Shown piece by piece: positions 25,362 through 36,123 of a stretch of DNA of 64,000 bases (position 1 is the stretch's first letter; the number at the start of each line of letters is the position of its first letter). Origin of the DNA: Entomortierella parvispora E1425 (lineage: Eukaryota > Fungi > Mortierellomycota); the NCBI GenBank assembly GCA_020891255.1, contig BQFW01000002.1, forward strand, positions 992,001 to 1,056,000, in the 5' to 3' direction. A program made the translations under genes and the position numbers. Below the pieces are notes generated by a model, which was not told the DNA's origin, made no database searches, and worked only from the letters and a program-made list of their open reading frames with translations.

Positions 25362-27750
25362 ATGCGTTTCTTTTCTCAAACCAACAGTCTCCCGCGGCTG
25401 TCGAAGCTCTCGCTCGTGATCAGCCTCTCTGCCATAGCGGCCACGACCTCACTCGCTTTGCCTTCGAAGAGCGATGGTTGGCTGAACCTGACTGTTATCC
25501 ACACGAACGACGTGCACTCTAGAGTTGATCCTGCGAACGACTTTGGGGTCAGCTGCACTGCTCAAGATATTGAGCAGGGCCATTGCTATGGTGGAACTGC
25601 CCGCCACAAGACTGTGATCGACCGCTTGCGCCAGGCCAGCAAGAACTCTCTCCTTCTGGATGGAGGCGATGAGGTAAGCCACAAATGTTTTCCCCACTTT
25701 CTCTGAAGCAAAAAAAGAACTCAGCCTAACTCATTCCTCAATTGCCATTTTTCTAGTTCCAAGTAAGGACACGCATGCATGAATCTTTGGGAACGAGCAA
25801 ACGTGCAGGATCGGCGTGTGTCCATTCGCGATTGTTGTTTGTCTTAACGTCTAACGAACTGTGCAACCTTTTTCTTTCCGCGTAGGGCACCCTCTTTTAC
25901 ACATACTACAGGGTAAGACCCGCCCCAGAGAATTTCAAAGAAAAGCAAAAAAAAAAAGCCAACTTCAAACTAACGTATCTCCGTGTCCCTGATTCTGTGC
26001 CTGAATTCTCCTCTAGGGCAATGTTACGGCCCAAGTCATGAATGAGCTGGGATATGATGTCGGCACCATTGGTAACCACGAATGGGACAATGGCCCTGAA
26101 AACCTGGGTCGTTACTGGCCAAAACTCAAGTTCCCTATCGTTTGTGCGAATGTCGATTTTTCCAAGAACCCCGAACTGGGAAAGCTGGTCAAGCCTTACC
26201 ACATCTTTGAGGATCTGGGTGTTGGTGTCATCGGCTATATCACCAATGTAAGCGCGACAATCGACTCATCTCTTCAATGGATTGTCTTCTTTTTCCGTGG
26301 TTGACCTCTAGCTATTTTTTGTGCTTTAGACCACTGGTGATATCTCCAATGCGGGCCCCAGCGTCTCTTTCACGGATCCAATCCCTGCTGTTCAGAAATA
26401 TGTTGATGAGTTGGAGGCGAAGGGTATCAAACGCATTCTTGCAGTCTCCCACAATGGCTACGGACCAGATATGGAACTTGCTGCCAAGACCCATGGTGTC
26501 GATTTGATCGTCGGTGGCCACAGTCATTCCTACCTTGGTGACCCCAAGAATCCTCTCTACGAAGGACCTTATCCCACCATCATCCAGAATTTGAAGGGCG
26601 AGAATACCTTAATTGTGCAGGTAGGCGATGGTTGCTCAAAACACTGCTTTCTGCTAGCTGTAACTGCCCTGGGATTCTCACCGACTTGTTTTTTTAGGCT
26701 TTTTGTTGGGGTCGTTATATCGGTCATTTGGATGTCGTCTTCAATCCGGAGGGCAAGATTGTTCACTGGGAAGGCGCACCGATCCTTGTCGAGAACTCTA
26801 TCCCTGCCGATCCTAAACTTTTGAAGGAAATTGATGGCTGGAGACACGAGTTTGAGGAATGGGGTCAAACTGTGCTTGGAGTTGCCACAGAACCTTTCGA
26901 CCAAGCTACCTGTAAGCAAGGCGAATGCTCAATGGGAGACTTGGTTGCAGATGCCATGCTTGACATTGCCAGGACACCCATTCTCACGGCCCAGAACGGC
27001 GATGACACTGAGAGTAAAAGGCCATGGACTGATATTGCGTTCATCAACAGTGGCGGTATCCGTTCTGGATTGCCAGCAGGTAACATCACGATCGAGATGG
27101 TCATGACGACCTCGCCCTTCGGCAACGGACTCATTCAGACGCAGTTGACAGGCGTCGAGATCTTGAATATGCTGGAGGCTGTTTCTGCTGGACGATACAA
27201 GGATTCTCAAAAACAGGTCACCTCCAACATTCAGATCAGCGGGTTGCGTTATACCTATGATTCCTCTCGGCCTTTAACGGAAACACATCTAATTGAGGCT
27301 GAAATCCAGGACTACGATGGCACCTGGGCCGCGATCAAGCCAAGGCGGACTTATGGCGTCGTCACCCTGGATTTTATCATGACGGGAGGCGACAACATCT
27401 TGGAAAAGAAGTCAAGAAAGGAGATCAAGCTCGAGCTGTTGGACAAGGTCTTGATGGATTATATTGAAAACAGGGGCAGGATCACCCCATACAAAGACGG
27501 TCGTATCAAGGACATTGCTCCCAAGAGCCTCGATACTGAGACATTGGAGCCTCGCAGAAGTCCCTGGCGTATTGGAACTCCCGAGCACCTCAAGAGTCAG
27601 TACCCTGGAGGCATTGAGGAGATGTTGGCCCACTACCAGCGCTTAAGACAGGCAGGCGTGGGTTCTCGACAACAAAGTGCAGTGGAGACAGAGGTCTCCC
27701 TTGATGAGAGCTTTGAGCGCGATGAGCCTCAGCAGGACGTGATGGCCTAG
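25362..27750 (+). CDS. 5'-nucleotidase (UshA/CD73-type metallophosphoesterase) with signal peptide; exons 25362-25673, 25757-25762, 25886-25912, 26017-26247, 26330-26620, 26699-27750
   Basis: Motifs HTNDVHS, DGGDE|FQ|GTLFYTYYR|GN, GNHEWD, VSHNGY, GGHSH; C-terminal domain FINSGGIRSGLPAGNIT; hydrophobic N-terminus. Confidence 0.92.
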
Positions 27751-27833
27751 ACGCAGGTTGGCTACATTCTACCTCTTACACTTTACATCAGATAGCCACA
27801 TATATACCAGTTTTTGGCAGATAGTAGATTTTT

Positions 27834-29586
27834 TTATTTTTTTTGCAGTCTTGTAAAGAACGGCCCCAGCACTCTTGGGAGGGAATTAACCTCGTAGTCA
27901 GAGACAATGCTTGAAGTCGTTGATTCGAGGGTATTGCCTTCTTTCGCGCCATTGACAATATCGTCCACGCACATGTATTCATCGTCAGTCTCTGTCCGAT
28001 CAGTGTCACTGCCGTTGTTGTTGTCATTCGCTTTGTTATTGCTGTCGCCAAGGTTCTCGGGCGATGACGATGATGAGAGATCTGAGATCGTATAAACATT
28101 GCAGCGAGGGTCGCTCCATGGCTGTAAATTCTGCTTTGGCGTGAACTCATTGATATCAGATACTGCTATGCGTGTCGAAGGTGCTGTGTTGATCTGTGTC
28201 GAGGGTGCTGTGGAAGGCTGCGTAGGCATTTGTTTGGAGTTTGATACAGAGGAAAGTCCATGGGTATCCTGGACAAAGGCTGCTCCATCCGCCATTGAAG
28301 ATCCAGAGATTGTTGCTGCTACCAATGTCGCTGATGACGATGATGTCGATGGAGATCGTAGGGTACGCCTTTTCACTGTGGCTCTCTCGTGAAATAGCCT
28401 GTTGTGACCCTTCAGGCCCTTAGACGACCTCAAGATCATCCCACACTCCGCGATAGGGCACTCAATGGTCCCATGCAGTTCCCTTAAATGGGTTAGGTAA
28501 TGGTCCACAAGGTTCCGGGGGTTCCGAAATGCTGCGTGACACGTCGGGGTTATCACGTTTTTCCATAGACTTCCTTGTTGCTCTTCCTCTCTCTTGCGAA
28601 GATGTTGATGCCACTGACAGCAAGTGCCAGGCTCGAGGTCAATCTTTGGGCCTTTGCCTCCTGCCCTTTTGCGACTAAAGCCCCCCCTCATCCTTCGGCT
28701 TCCCCATCCTGACCTTTTGCGACTAAAGCCCTCCAGAACAACAGTCGATCTCCTAACATTGGTGTTGAGCAAACTCTCCTTGTGGTCCAACGCTACAACT
28801 TTCTCGGCCAACTTTGCATTCCTAGATTCGTTTGCATCTTTGGTGTCATCTTCTGTATCCGACAATACGATGATAACGGGTGGATGTCCAAGAGTTTTCG
28901 TTGCCGACTGCGGCGCTGGTTTGATTGGTATACGGTTGTTGATGGTGGAATCAAGTGACCTGGGTGTCCCCTGAAGTTCGCTCGTCTTGACCTTCTTCTG
29001 GGCAAGCTCTCCTAGATCGTTCCCAGGGATGGTGTGGTATTCTTTTGTTGTGGATTCCCCGCTGAGCCTCGGTCGTTTTTTAGCTCGATTTTCTCCATTG
29101 TTGTCCAATATTGACCCCGACCCTGAAATCTTCACACGGGCAGGCGTTGAGTTCGTCATTGACACTGCATCTCCTGAGGAGCTAGGTCGCGCTATTGAGT
29201 CGTGTATGGCTTCTGATGCTGGTCCAGGAACCTGAGGACCCCCTCTAGCTCTTTATCGGACAAAAGAGTCAATAAGTACGGGGCCTTCTCTCCATATTTT
29301 TTCCCTTCCTTTGGGAGGCGCAGACAGTAGTAACCAATCCTTACGTGTGATCGCTAAGATGAATTAAGAATAGCGCCCGAGTTGAAAACTGTAGTCTGCA
29401 TCCTTCCTTGTTGCATTTGAACGGCAGATTATTCATGAGAAATGGCCAAGCTGGGTTGAGTTTCGAGGAATGAATGCATGTCAAATGAGCAGCCTTTTCC
29501 CTGAAATGCAACACGTGATTTTGCCACCAATTTTTTTTTAGATGCGCAATCTTCGTGCAAGGTGCTATGGGACAGCGAGTGGACAA
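27834..29586 (-). CDS. C2H2 zinc-finger protein, Ser/Thr-rich; 5' end unresolved; intron 29344-29245
   Basis: Fingers CNKEGCRLQFSTRALFLIHLSDH (upstream exon), TCHAAFRNPRNLVDHYLTH and CPIAECGMILRSSKGLKGHNRLFH; phase-2 GTAAG...CTAG intron links the upstream exon to the 443-aa ORF in frame. True start codon not identified. Confidence 0.6.
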
Positions 29587-29894
29587 AAAAGAAAACCTCT
29601 TACCGCATTACCAGGATTCGTTGTTCCCGATCTTGAGAGAGAGATAGAGAGAGAGAAAAAACAAGGGGCAACTTCAAGGCGTTTCCGCAGGGAGGCTGTT
29701 TGTTTGCATAACCGTCGAATCGTTCTTCTAGATTTCCTGCCTGTGCCCGAGTCTTCTCTGTTCCAAGATGTCACATCATGTTAGTAAATACGTACCTGGA
29801 TGGGTGCCTGACACGAGCACCATCCCCGTCTTTGTAGCCAAAAGGACCCGTCAAGGACAACATCCACCATCTTTCTGAGGTAGTTGTTTTTTAC

Positions 29895-29928
<34 letters not shown>

Positions 29929-31151
29929 AATGGTGGCAAGCTGCATGGTTCCAACGTAAGTGGTCATTGTCGGGGCTCTATCTATTCTGACGTAAACCAA
30001 AGGCATCTCTGTTCGGTCCCTCGACGCCTTGGATGGGACATCATTGTTCACCGAGAGAACAGATTACCAAGGCCAGTCTATCGATAGGTTTCAATTGAAG
30101 CATGGTTGCATTTTTAGAGGACAGACAAAAGACGCGTCTCTGTTTTTTTGAGAGACAAATCAAAGACATTGACTCGATACTTGTATTGCCAGGATATCTG
30201 TATTGCCAGGCCGCATTGTGCGACCAAGGCCGTCGCCCCCACACCGGCTTCGAGGCTGTCACAAGCCCGTTTTGTTGATAGAATGCTGTCATATAGGGAG
30301 AGAGGAAGTGAGAGAGACCGTTCGCAAAAAAAATGCTCACAGCACCCAATGTAAAAAAAAAAAAAAAGTCCAGTCGCTCCTGACATCATGCATTGAGGGC
30401 GAGGGAGTTCACTCGGTTGAATGAAAGCAACAAAGGACCCACGGCCCGATCAACCCGCAGTGCGCAGGACATTAAAAGCCCTGCTCACGACCCTGTGATG
30501 TACATGATCGTGGATATGAACTATGTGTACGTGATATTGGTTGACATGAGGGGATACAGAGCAGACGAGAAAGGGAAATAACGGCAATGGGAAGGATAGC
30601 AATGGCGTTGCAGGACATCATAACAACCTGTGCACACCCTGTGAATGTAAGAGGGACAGGGTCAAAACCTGTTTGAAAGACAAGGCTTTTCATGCCCGGT
30701 CGCCGGAACATAGAGTTCAGAAAAGAGACTGGAACGGAGGTGTGGTTGTGCTCCATCATGGAAGATGATCCGAAAGAAGAAGGAGGCGCGCCGCTGCGCT
30801 TGCATGCACACTCAGTAAAGGATCGTCAACTAATGCAATCAAATTGATTTTTTCCAGACGAGACAAGAGGCTGGCTCTGAGGCCGATGGCCATGGACACT
30901 GCACCCGGAAACAGTAAAAAGACAAAAAAAAAAAAAAAATGTGAGGCGTATCCAATCGTTCCGTCTTTCTCTCTTCTTCCTCTCCTTCTCATCACCGTCA
31001 TTCTCAATCCACAATCCTTTCTTCTGTTCGCCTCTTCCCGACTCTACCTTCTTCTACTCTACTCCACCCAACTCTGCTCCCCACTGCTCTACACCATTCC
31101 TCTCTCACTGTTCCTGCAGATCGACTTTCGTTCGCAAATTATTCCTCCGCA

Positions 31152-33239
31152 ATGATCACCCCAACATCCTACACTAACACGACCGTATTCAACTCCAGTC
31201 CACCTGGCTATTGGGGTCATCCTACAGCATCAGGTATGCCAGAACATAAGTCTCATTCCCCGCGAGACCGAGAGAACTTGCAGCCCGTCTCACATCCGTT
31301 TTCTGACCATTTTTCTTTTCTTTGCTTTCGCTACTTCGCGCATTTTAGTTGGTAAGGCAATTTCTCTGCTCGTCGGTGCGCTCGGTCGCAATGCATTATG
31401 ATCAAGGGGGCAACATGGGACAGCATGGGACAAAGGGGAGGGTGGAGGGCAGGAAAGGACATCCTCATATGTTTGGCTTGTTGTGCACCGGGGACAATTT
31501 TTCTATCGAGTACAAGCTAAGGCTGAGGAAACCTCCGACCAATGCCATTCCATGACATGCGTTGGCTCTGACATTTGACATGCGACTCATTCAGGTTGTC
31601 AATGGAATCAGGGTCTGGACGTAAGCAGGAGCTGATTCTACTACAACGGCTTCGCACTGCAGGCCGACGGAGGAAGCGCAGCGATCTGGACCTAGAGACA
31701 ACAAAGCACCCATCTGTTTGGGGGGTATTTTTTTTGTTATCGCCGTCGATTCTGTCTGCAGGCTGGTTCTCCTACTTTTCTTTGCAGCGCAATTGGGATC
31801 AAACCCTCGTTGCTTGTGTTTACCGGCGTGTGTTTTGTCCGGTCAGGGTGCATGTGCGTGGACTGCACGGGTGCGGGTGTGTGCGTGGCACGGTGCAATG
31901 CGCGTGCAAAGAAACGCGAAGCTGTGCCATCCATTTTGCTTTCAGAGAGCTTTTTTTTTGGTCCAGGTAGCGTCCAAGAGTGTCTGTGGACATGGATCGG
32001 TGTGGAGCATGCTTTGTGTGTGTGGAGAAGGGTGCTCATGGGATGTGTGCGTGCTCGTCCACCGCCTTACCTGCCCCTCGCCCGGGGAATAAGGTGCGAG
32101 CGACCCATCACGCTTGATACCCACTGTGGATTCATCCTGCAACAACACCAAAAAAGACAGCTGGCTCTGGGGAACAAAATTGCTCTCGTGCCCGCCGACA
32201 CTTTCGTGCGACCAGTGGCTTCTTCTCTGGGTGGACTGTGCTCGTTCTTCTGACCTTGGTTGTGTGCTCTGATCCGCAGCATCCGCCCATCCTATTTTTC
32301 CTTGAACTTGAGCCACGTCAAGACAGGGGACAACCTGTGCTCTCACTTCGTTCACGATCCCCCCTCCCCCTCCCATTCCCCCCCCAACTTTTTGTTTGTT
32401 TGTTTGAATCAACAAACAGTATGACTGATCTAATGACTGATATCTTTTGTTTGTAATATCCTTTTGGAACCATAACCATAGACTGGTGCGAGAGTAACTA
32501 TGCTAAATCACACTACATTGCAGAGTTCTTCAACTCGCTGTCGTCTTTCTCCATGATCCTGGTTGGACTCGCGGGCATGTACCTCCACTGGTACTTCGAG
32601 AAGCGCTTCGTGCTGACGTTTGCCTCGATTGTTGTCGTCGGTATCGGCTCAATTGCATTCCACGGTACGCTGCTGTTTCCCCTTCAAATGCTGGACGAGG
32701 TCCCGATGGTGTACTCGTGCCTCACCCTGGTCTATTGCTGTGTCGAAAATCGACCCTATCGCCGGTATGGTCCTTGGTTCCCCATCGGCATCGCTCTCTA
32801 TGGTCTGTTGACGACCGTAGTCATGCTTTACGCTGGACCGAATAACCATCTACTCGAGTTTGTGGTTTTCCAGTCCTCATTTGCGTTCGTGGTCCTGGTG
32901 CTCTTGTCCCACATTATCAAGATCTATGGTAGTCTCCACGATGATTCGATCAAGCGCATGTGGACGTTTACAGGAGCTATGGCCGCAGTGGGATACGGAT
33001 ACTGGAACATCGACTTTAGAATGTGCTCCCTTATGCAAAATTTGCCATTTGGCCTCTGGAACCCTCAGTTCCATGCTTGGTGGCACGCTCTGGCCTCGAC
33101 GAGCTCCTATATGGTCTGTATGTTGGTCTGCTACAACCGCGCAGAGAACTTGGACCGCAAGCCTCAAATCAAATGGAAAGCAGGCGTCCTCCCTTACGTC
33201 GTTGCTCAAGAGCTCCGAAGCAAACCAAAGTCTTGCTAA
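31152..33239 (+). CDS. ACER3: Alkaline ceramidase (ACER3/YPC1-like, CREST superfamily); exons 31152-31233, 31349-31351, 32482-33239
   Basis: Spliced GYWGHPTASVDWCESNY...YIAEFFNSLSS; GSIAFHGTL, QMLDEVPM, HAWWH; 843 nt = 280 aa + stop. Confidence 0.92.
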
Positions 33240-33408
33240 AGTCCAAAATGACGCCAACGGCTTGGTCTACCTGGTCATAATATAGCCTGTAGCCCCTCTC
33301 TCTCAAATGACTCCTCCCCCACCCCTTTCGAACTTGGCTAATGTAGATTATTATATTGTACAGTGGATGCAGAGATTGGATATGGGACAAGAGAAAAGGG
33401 GTGATAAT

Positions 33409-35265
33409 CTATGGGTTGGTTGTCATGGATGCTGCAGCTGAAGGTGAAGAGTTTAGGATAGAAACGCCTGCAGACGTCGCAGAGGGAGAAGCGGTCATAA
33501 TCTCACGAGAGCCACTACTGTTTCGTTGATGATGTCCAGATTCTTTGCTGCCACTTGACCGTCCACCTGATTTGCTGCCATTGCTGCGATGATGACGCTC
33601 ATGACGCTCATGCCGTTCCTGATGATGGTGGTGGTGATTATGGGATCTGAGAGTTGACGACGTCGAGTCTGCAATGGAAGCATCCGTTTGTTCCTGGTCA
33701 ATCTCCTTCTCCAATTCTTCCAGTTGACCAAGAACGAGACCCACGAGGTGATCTTGGCGATCAACATCCCAGTTGGCTCGCTCTAATTCGAATCGAGCCT
33801 TCCGCCGAGCCTCCATCAATCGATCCTCTTCTAGCCTCAGCTTTTTGGTATCATCCCGATGCCTCTGGATGTCTAGTTCCAATTCTGGCGCCCAAGAGAG
33901 TTTTGTGACATCGACCACGGCATTCATGATTTGCTGCTGCTGTTGCTGTAAAAGTTGCTGCGGCGCCAGCTGTGCAGATGAGCCTTGACCCGATGATCCA
34001 AGGGCGGCTCCTCCTGGTCCATGGTAGGAAGACATAGATGAGGATGGTCCTGACCCCTGTGCTCCTCTGTAAGGACTGGATGCGTAGCCGTTGGGACCTC
34101 CGTTCGTAAGGGCTCCAAGATTCGATGAGGAGTGGGATGTGGTGAGGGCAGGCATGGGTCCAGACGTTGGGATGTTGGACGGAAGAGCTGCCTTCGCATA
34201 GGGACCGCCACCGCTGCCGAGAGGGCCTCCATTTCTGACTGGTAGCATATCCCTATCTCCTCTTTCTCTCTCCCGTTCCCGTTCTCGCTCTCGTTCTCGT
34301 TCTCGCATTTCACGGTCTCGTTCACGGTCCCGCAGCTCTCTTTCTCGCTCACGCTCGATGCGTTCTCTGTCTCTGTCTCTATCGCGTAGCTCCCTTTCCC
34401 GCATCATTCGGTCGCGATCCCGTTCCCGTTCACGCTCTCGTTCACGTATCTCACGTTCTCTTTCCCTGTCTCTGTCTCTAGTATCGATTTCGTACTCTGG
34501 GATCTGCCCCGGCTCTGGTAGAGGTGACGAAGGGTTCTGGGTCCCTTGTGGGGAAGATGCTGATCCTTCTATTGATGATGCTGTTGCTGGGTTGGCAGTA
34601 GTCGTTGATGTCAATGCTGCTGACGCCGCTGGTGCCTTTGAAGGTGAAGTTCCCCTTGATCTTGCCGCTGCGGGTCCTGCAGAGACTACAGATGGCAGCT
34701 GAGGAGGGATAGGTCTCCGAGCTGGGGGTGGGGGTGGGTGTGCATGAGGAAGGCGAAGCTGATTGTGGGGGGAGGGCGACTGATATGAAGACGACGATCC
34801 ATAGTGTGACGGAGGGTATCGAGAAGGCGGTGGCCCGCCAACATGTCCAAGAGGGCCTGGAGAGGCTGCACTGGCATGCCTGGATCGTGGCGGTGGAGGC
34901 GAGGGTCGATAGGGATGATAGTCGCTTCCTCCACGTCCATAGTAATCTCTATCGCTGCCTCTGTAATAAGGATGGTGGTCCCGACTGCTTGAACCATAGT
35001 AAGGAGGGGAGCGATGAGATGCACCTCCTCCACCGCCGCCACCGCCTCCACCGCTCCTGTAATGTGAATCGCGATGATAATCAGTCGGAGGAAGACCATA
35101 GCCAGATTCGCCCAAGGGAGAGCGGGATCGGGGTCGGCCGCCATTTCCACCGAGTGGGCCACCGCTGGGTCCTGCAGGTCCTGCAGGCTCTGAGTAACGT
35201 TCTGAGGATGAGCCACGACGGGGCTCTGGTACTGACCGCGAGGAGTAGGGTCCGTGTCGATCCAT
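33409..35265 (-). CDS. Intronless 618-aa low-complexity protein (Pro/Ser/Tyr-rich N-terminus, RE/RD dipeptide block, coiled-coil), function unknown
   Basis: Long ATG-initiated ORF; RDRDREREREIRERERER block; predicted helical segment ELELDIQRHRDDTKKLRLEEDRLMEARRKARFELERANW. Confidence 0.8.
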   Translation of the reverse strand: MDRHGPYSSRSVPEPRRGSSSERYSEPAGPAGPSGGPLGGNGGRPRSRSPLGESGYGLPPTDYHRDSHYRSGGGGGGGGGGASHRSPPYYGSSSRDHHPYYRGSDRDYYGRGGSDYHPYRPSPPPPRSRHASAASPGPLGHVGGPPPSRYPPSHYGSSSSYQSPSPHNQLRLPHAHPPPPPARRPIPPQLPSVVSAGPAAARSRGTSPSKAPAASAALTSTTTANPATASSIEGSASSPQGTQNPSSPLPEPGQIPEYEIDTRDRDREREREIRERERERERDRDRMMRERELRDRDRDRERIERERERELRDRERDREMRERERERERERERERGDRDMLPVRNGGPLGSGGGPYAKAALPSNIPTSGPMPALTTSHSSSNLGALTNGGPNGYASSPYRGAQGSGPSSSMSSYHGPGGAALGSSGQGSSAQLAPQQLLQQQQQQIMNAVVDVTKLSWAPELELDIQRHRDDTKKLRLEEDRLMEARRKARFELERANWDVDRQDHLVGLVLGQLEELEKEIDQEQTDASIADSTSSTLRSHNHHHHHQERHERHERHHRSNGSKSGGRSSGSKESGHHQRNSSGSREIMTASPSATSAGVSILNSSPSAAASMTTNP

Positions 35266-35370
35266 GATGTGAGGATGGAGGATAAGTGCAATGAATGCCT
35301 TTGGTGGCCTTTTTTTTTTTTTTTGGGAAACGGCGAGAACGTGCTAATTCTACGACGATATCACGTTCCG

Positions 35371-35393
35371 TGACGTCATGATTTTGTCACGTG
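35371..35393. promoter_or_regulatory. CRE palindrome (TGACGTCA, 35371-35378) and E-box (CACGTG, 35388-35393) in a divergent promoter
   Basis: Motif match only, about 110 nt upstream of ATG 35265. Confidence 0.25.
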
Positions 35394-35918
35394 GCTCTAG
35401 GTCGGCATTTTTGGCTGCACGTTGCGCACCCTTGCATGGAAAGGCCTGTTGTCGTTGCAAGGGGCAAGTAACTCACCAAGACCGACAATGTCGTTACAAT
35501 AGCCATCAACAGTTCTAAGCCCGTTGATTTGCTCCCCATCTCCAGGACCACCTTGGCGCGCTCTACGGAGTGATATTCAGAAAGGGCGGGAGCCATGTGT
35601 TGAACATGTGCGTGTGCGTGAGAAAGAGAAGAGAAAAAGAGAAGTGGGGTATGGGGGTTGGGAGAGCGAGAGACGAGAGAGAGACAGAGAGAGAGCGAGA
35701 GAGAGGGAAACAGAGAGAGAGAGAGAGAAGGAAGGAAGGACAAAGGGAGCCCAGATATTGCAATTGCTTGCTTGTCCTCGCGCTGGCAAGATCAAAAAAA
35801 AAAAAAAAAAAAAAAAAAAAACGCATGGGATCCGCGAAGGGCGGACCACACCTAGGCACTGTCGAACGGCTCTTTCCTCATCATCTGTCCTTGTCCTTCA
35901 TCCTTCGCATTCTTCTCA

Positions 35919-35951
35919 TTCTTCTTCTTCTTCTTCTTCTTCTTCTTCTTC
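35919..35951. repeat. (TTC)11 microsatellite upstream of the TBC gene
   Basis: Read directly. Confidence 0.9.
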
Positions 35952-36123
35952 TCTCTCTTTTTTCCTCCCTCTCCCTCGCTCTCCCATTCCTTATCCAACC
36001 TCTCCTTATCGCTCCCCTCTTCGCAACCAGGTTTCAAACTTCTCCGCGCGTGGCCCTTTCTCCATCTGTACGCGTCGTTGTCTGTGCCCTTCAGACACAC
36101 ACTCTCTTTTCTCGAGGTCGACA

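Noticed and set aside
22305-27750. Possible bacterial horizontal transfer of the YccU-like, pip and UshA-like genes
   Set aside because: All carry several spliceosomal introns, the families are widespread in fungi, and they show no operon-like arrangement; nothing in the sequence supports recent transfer.
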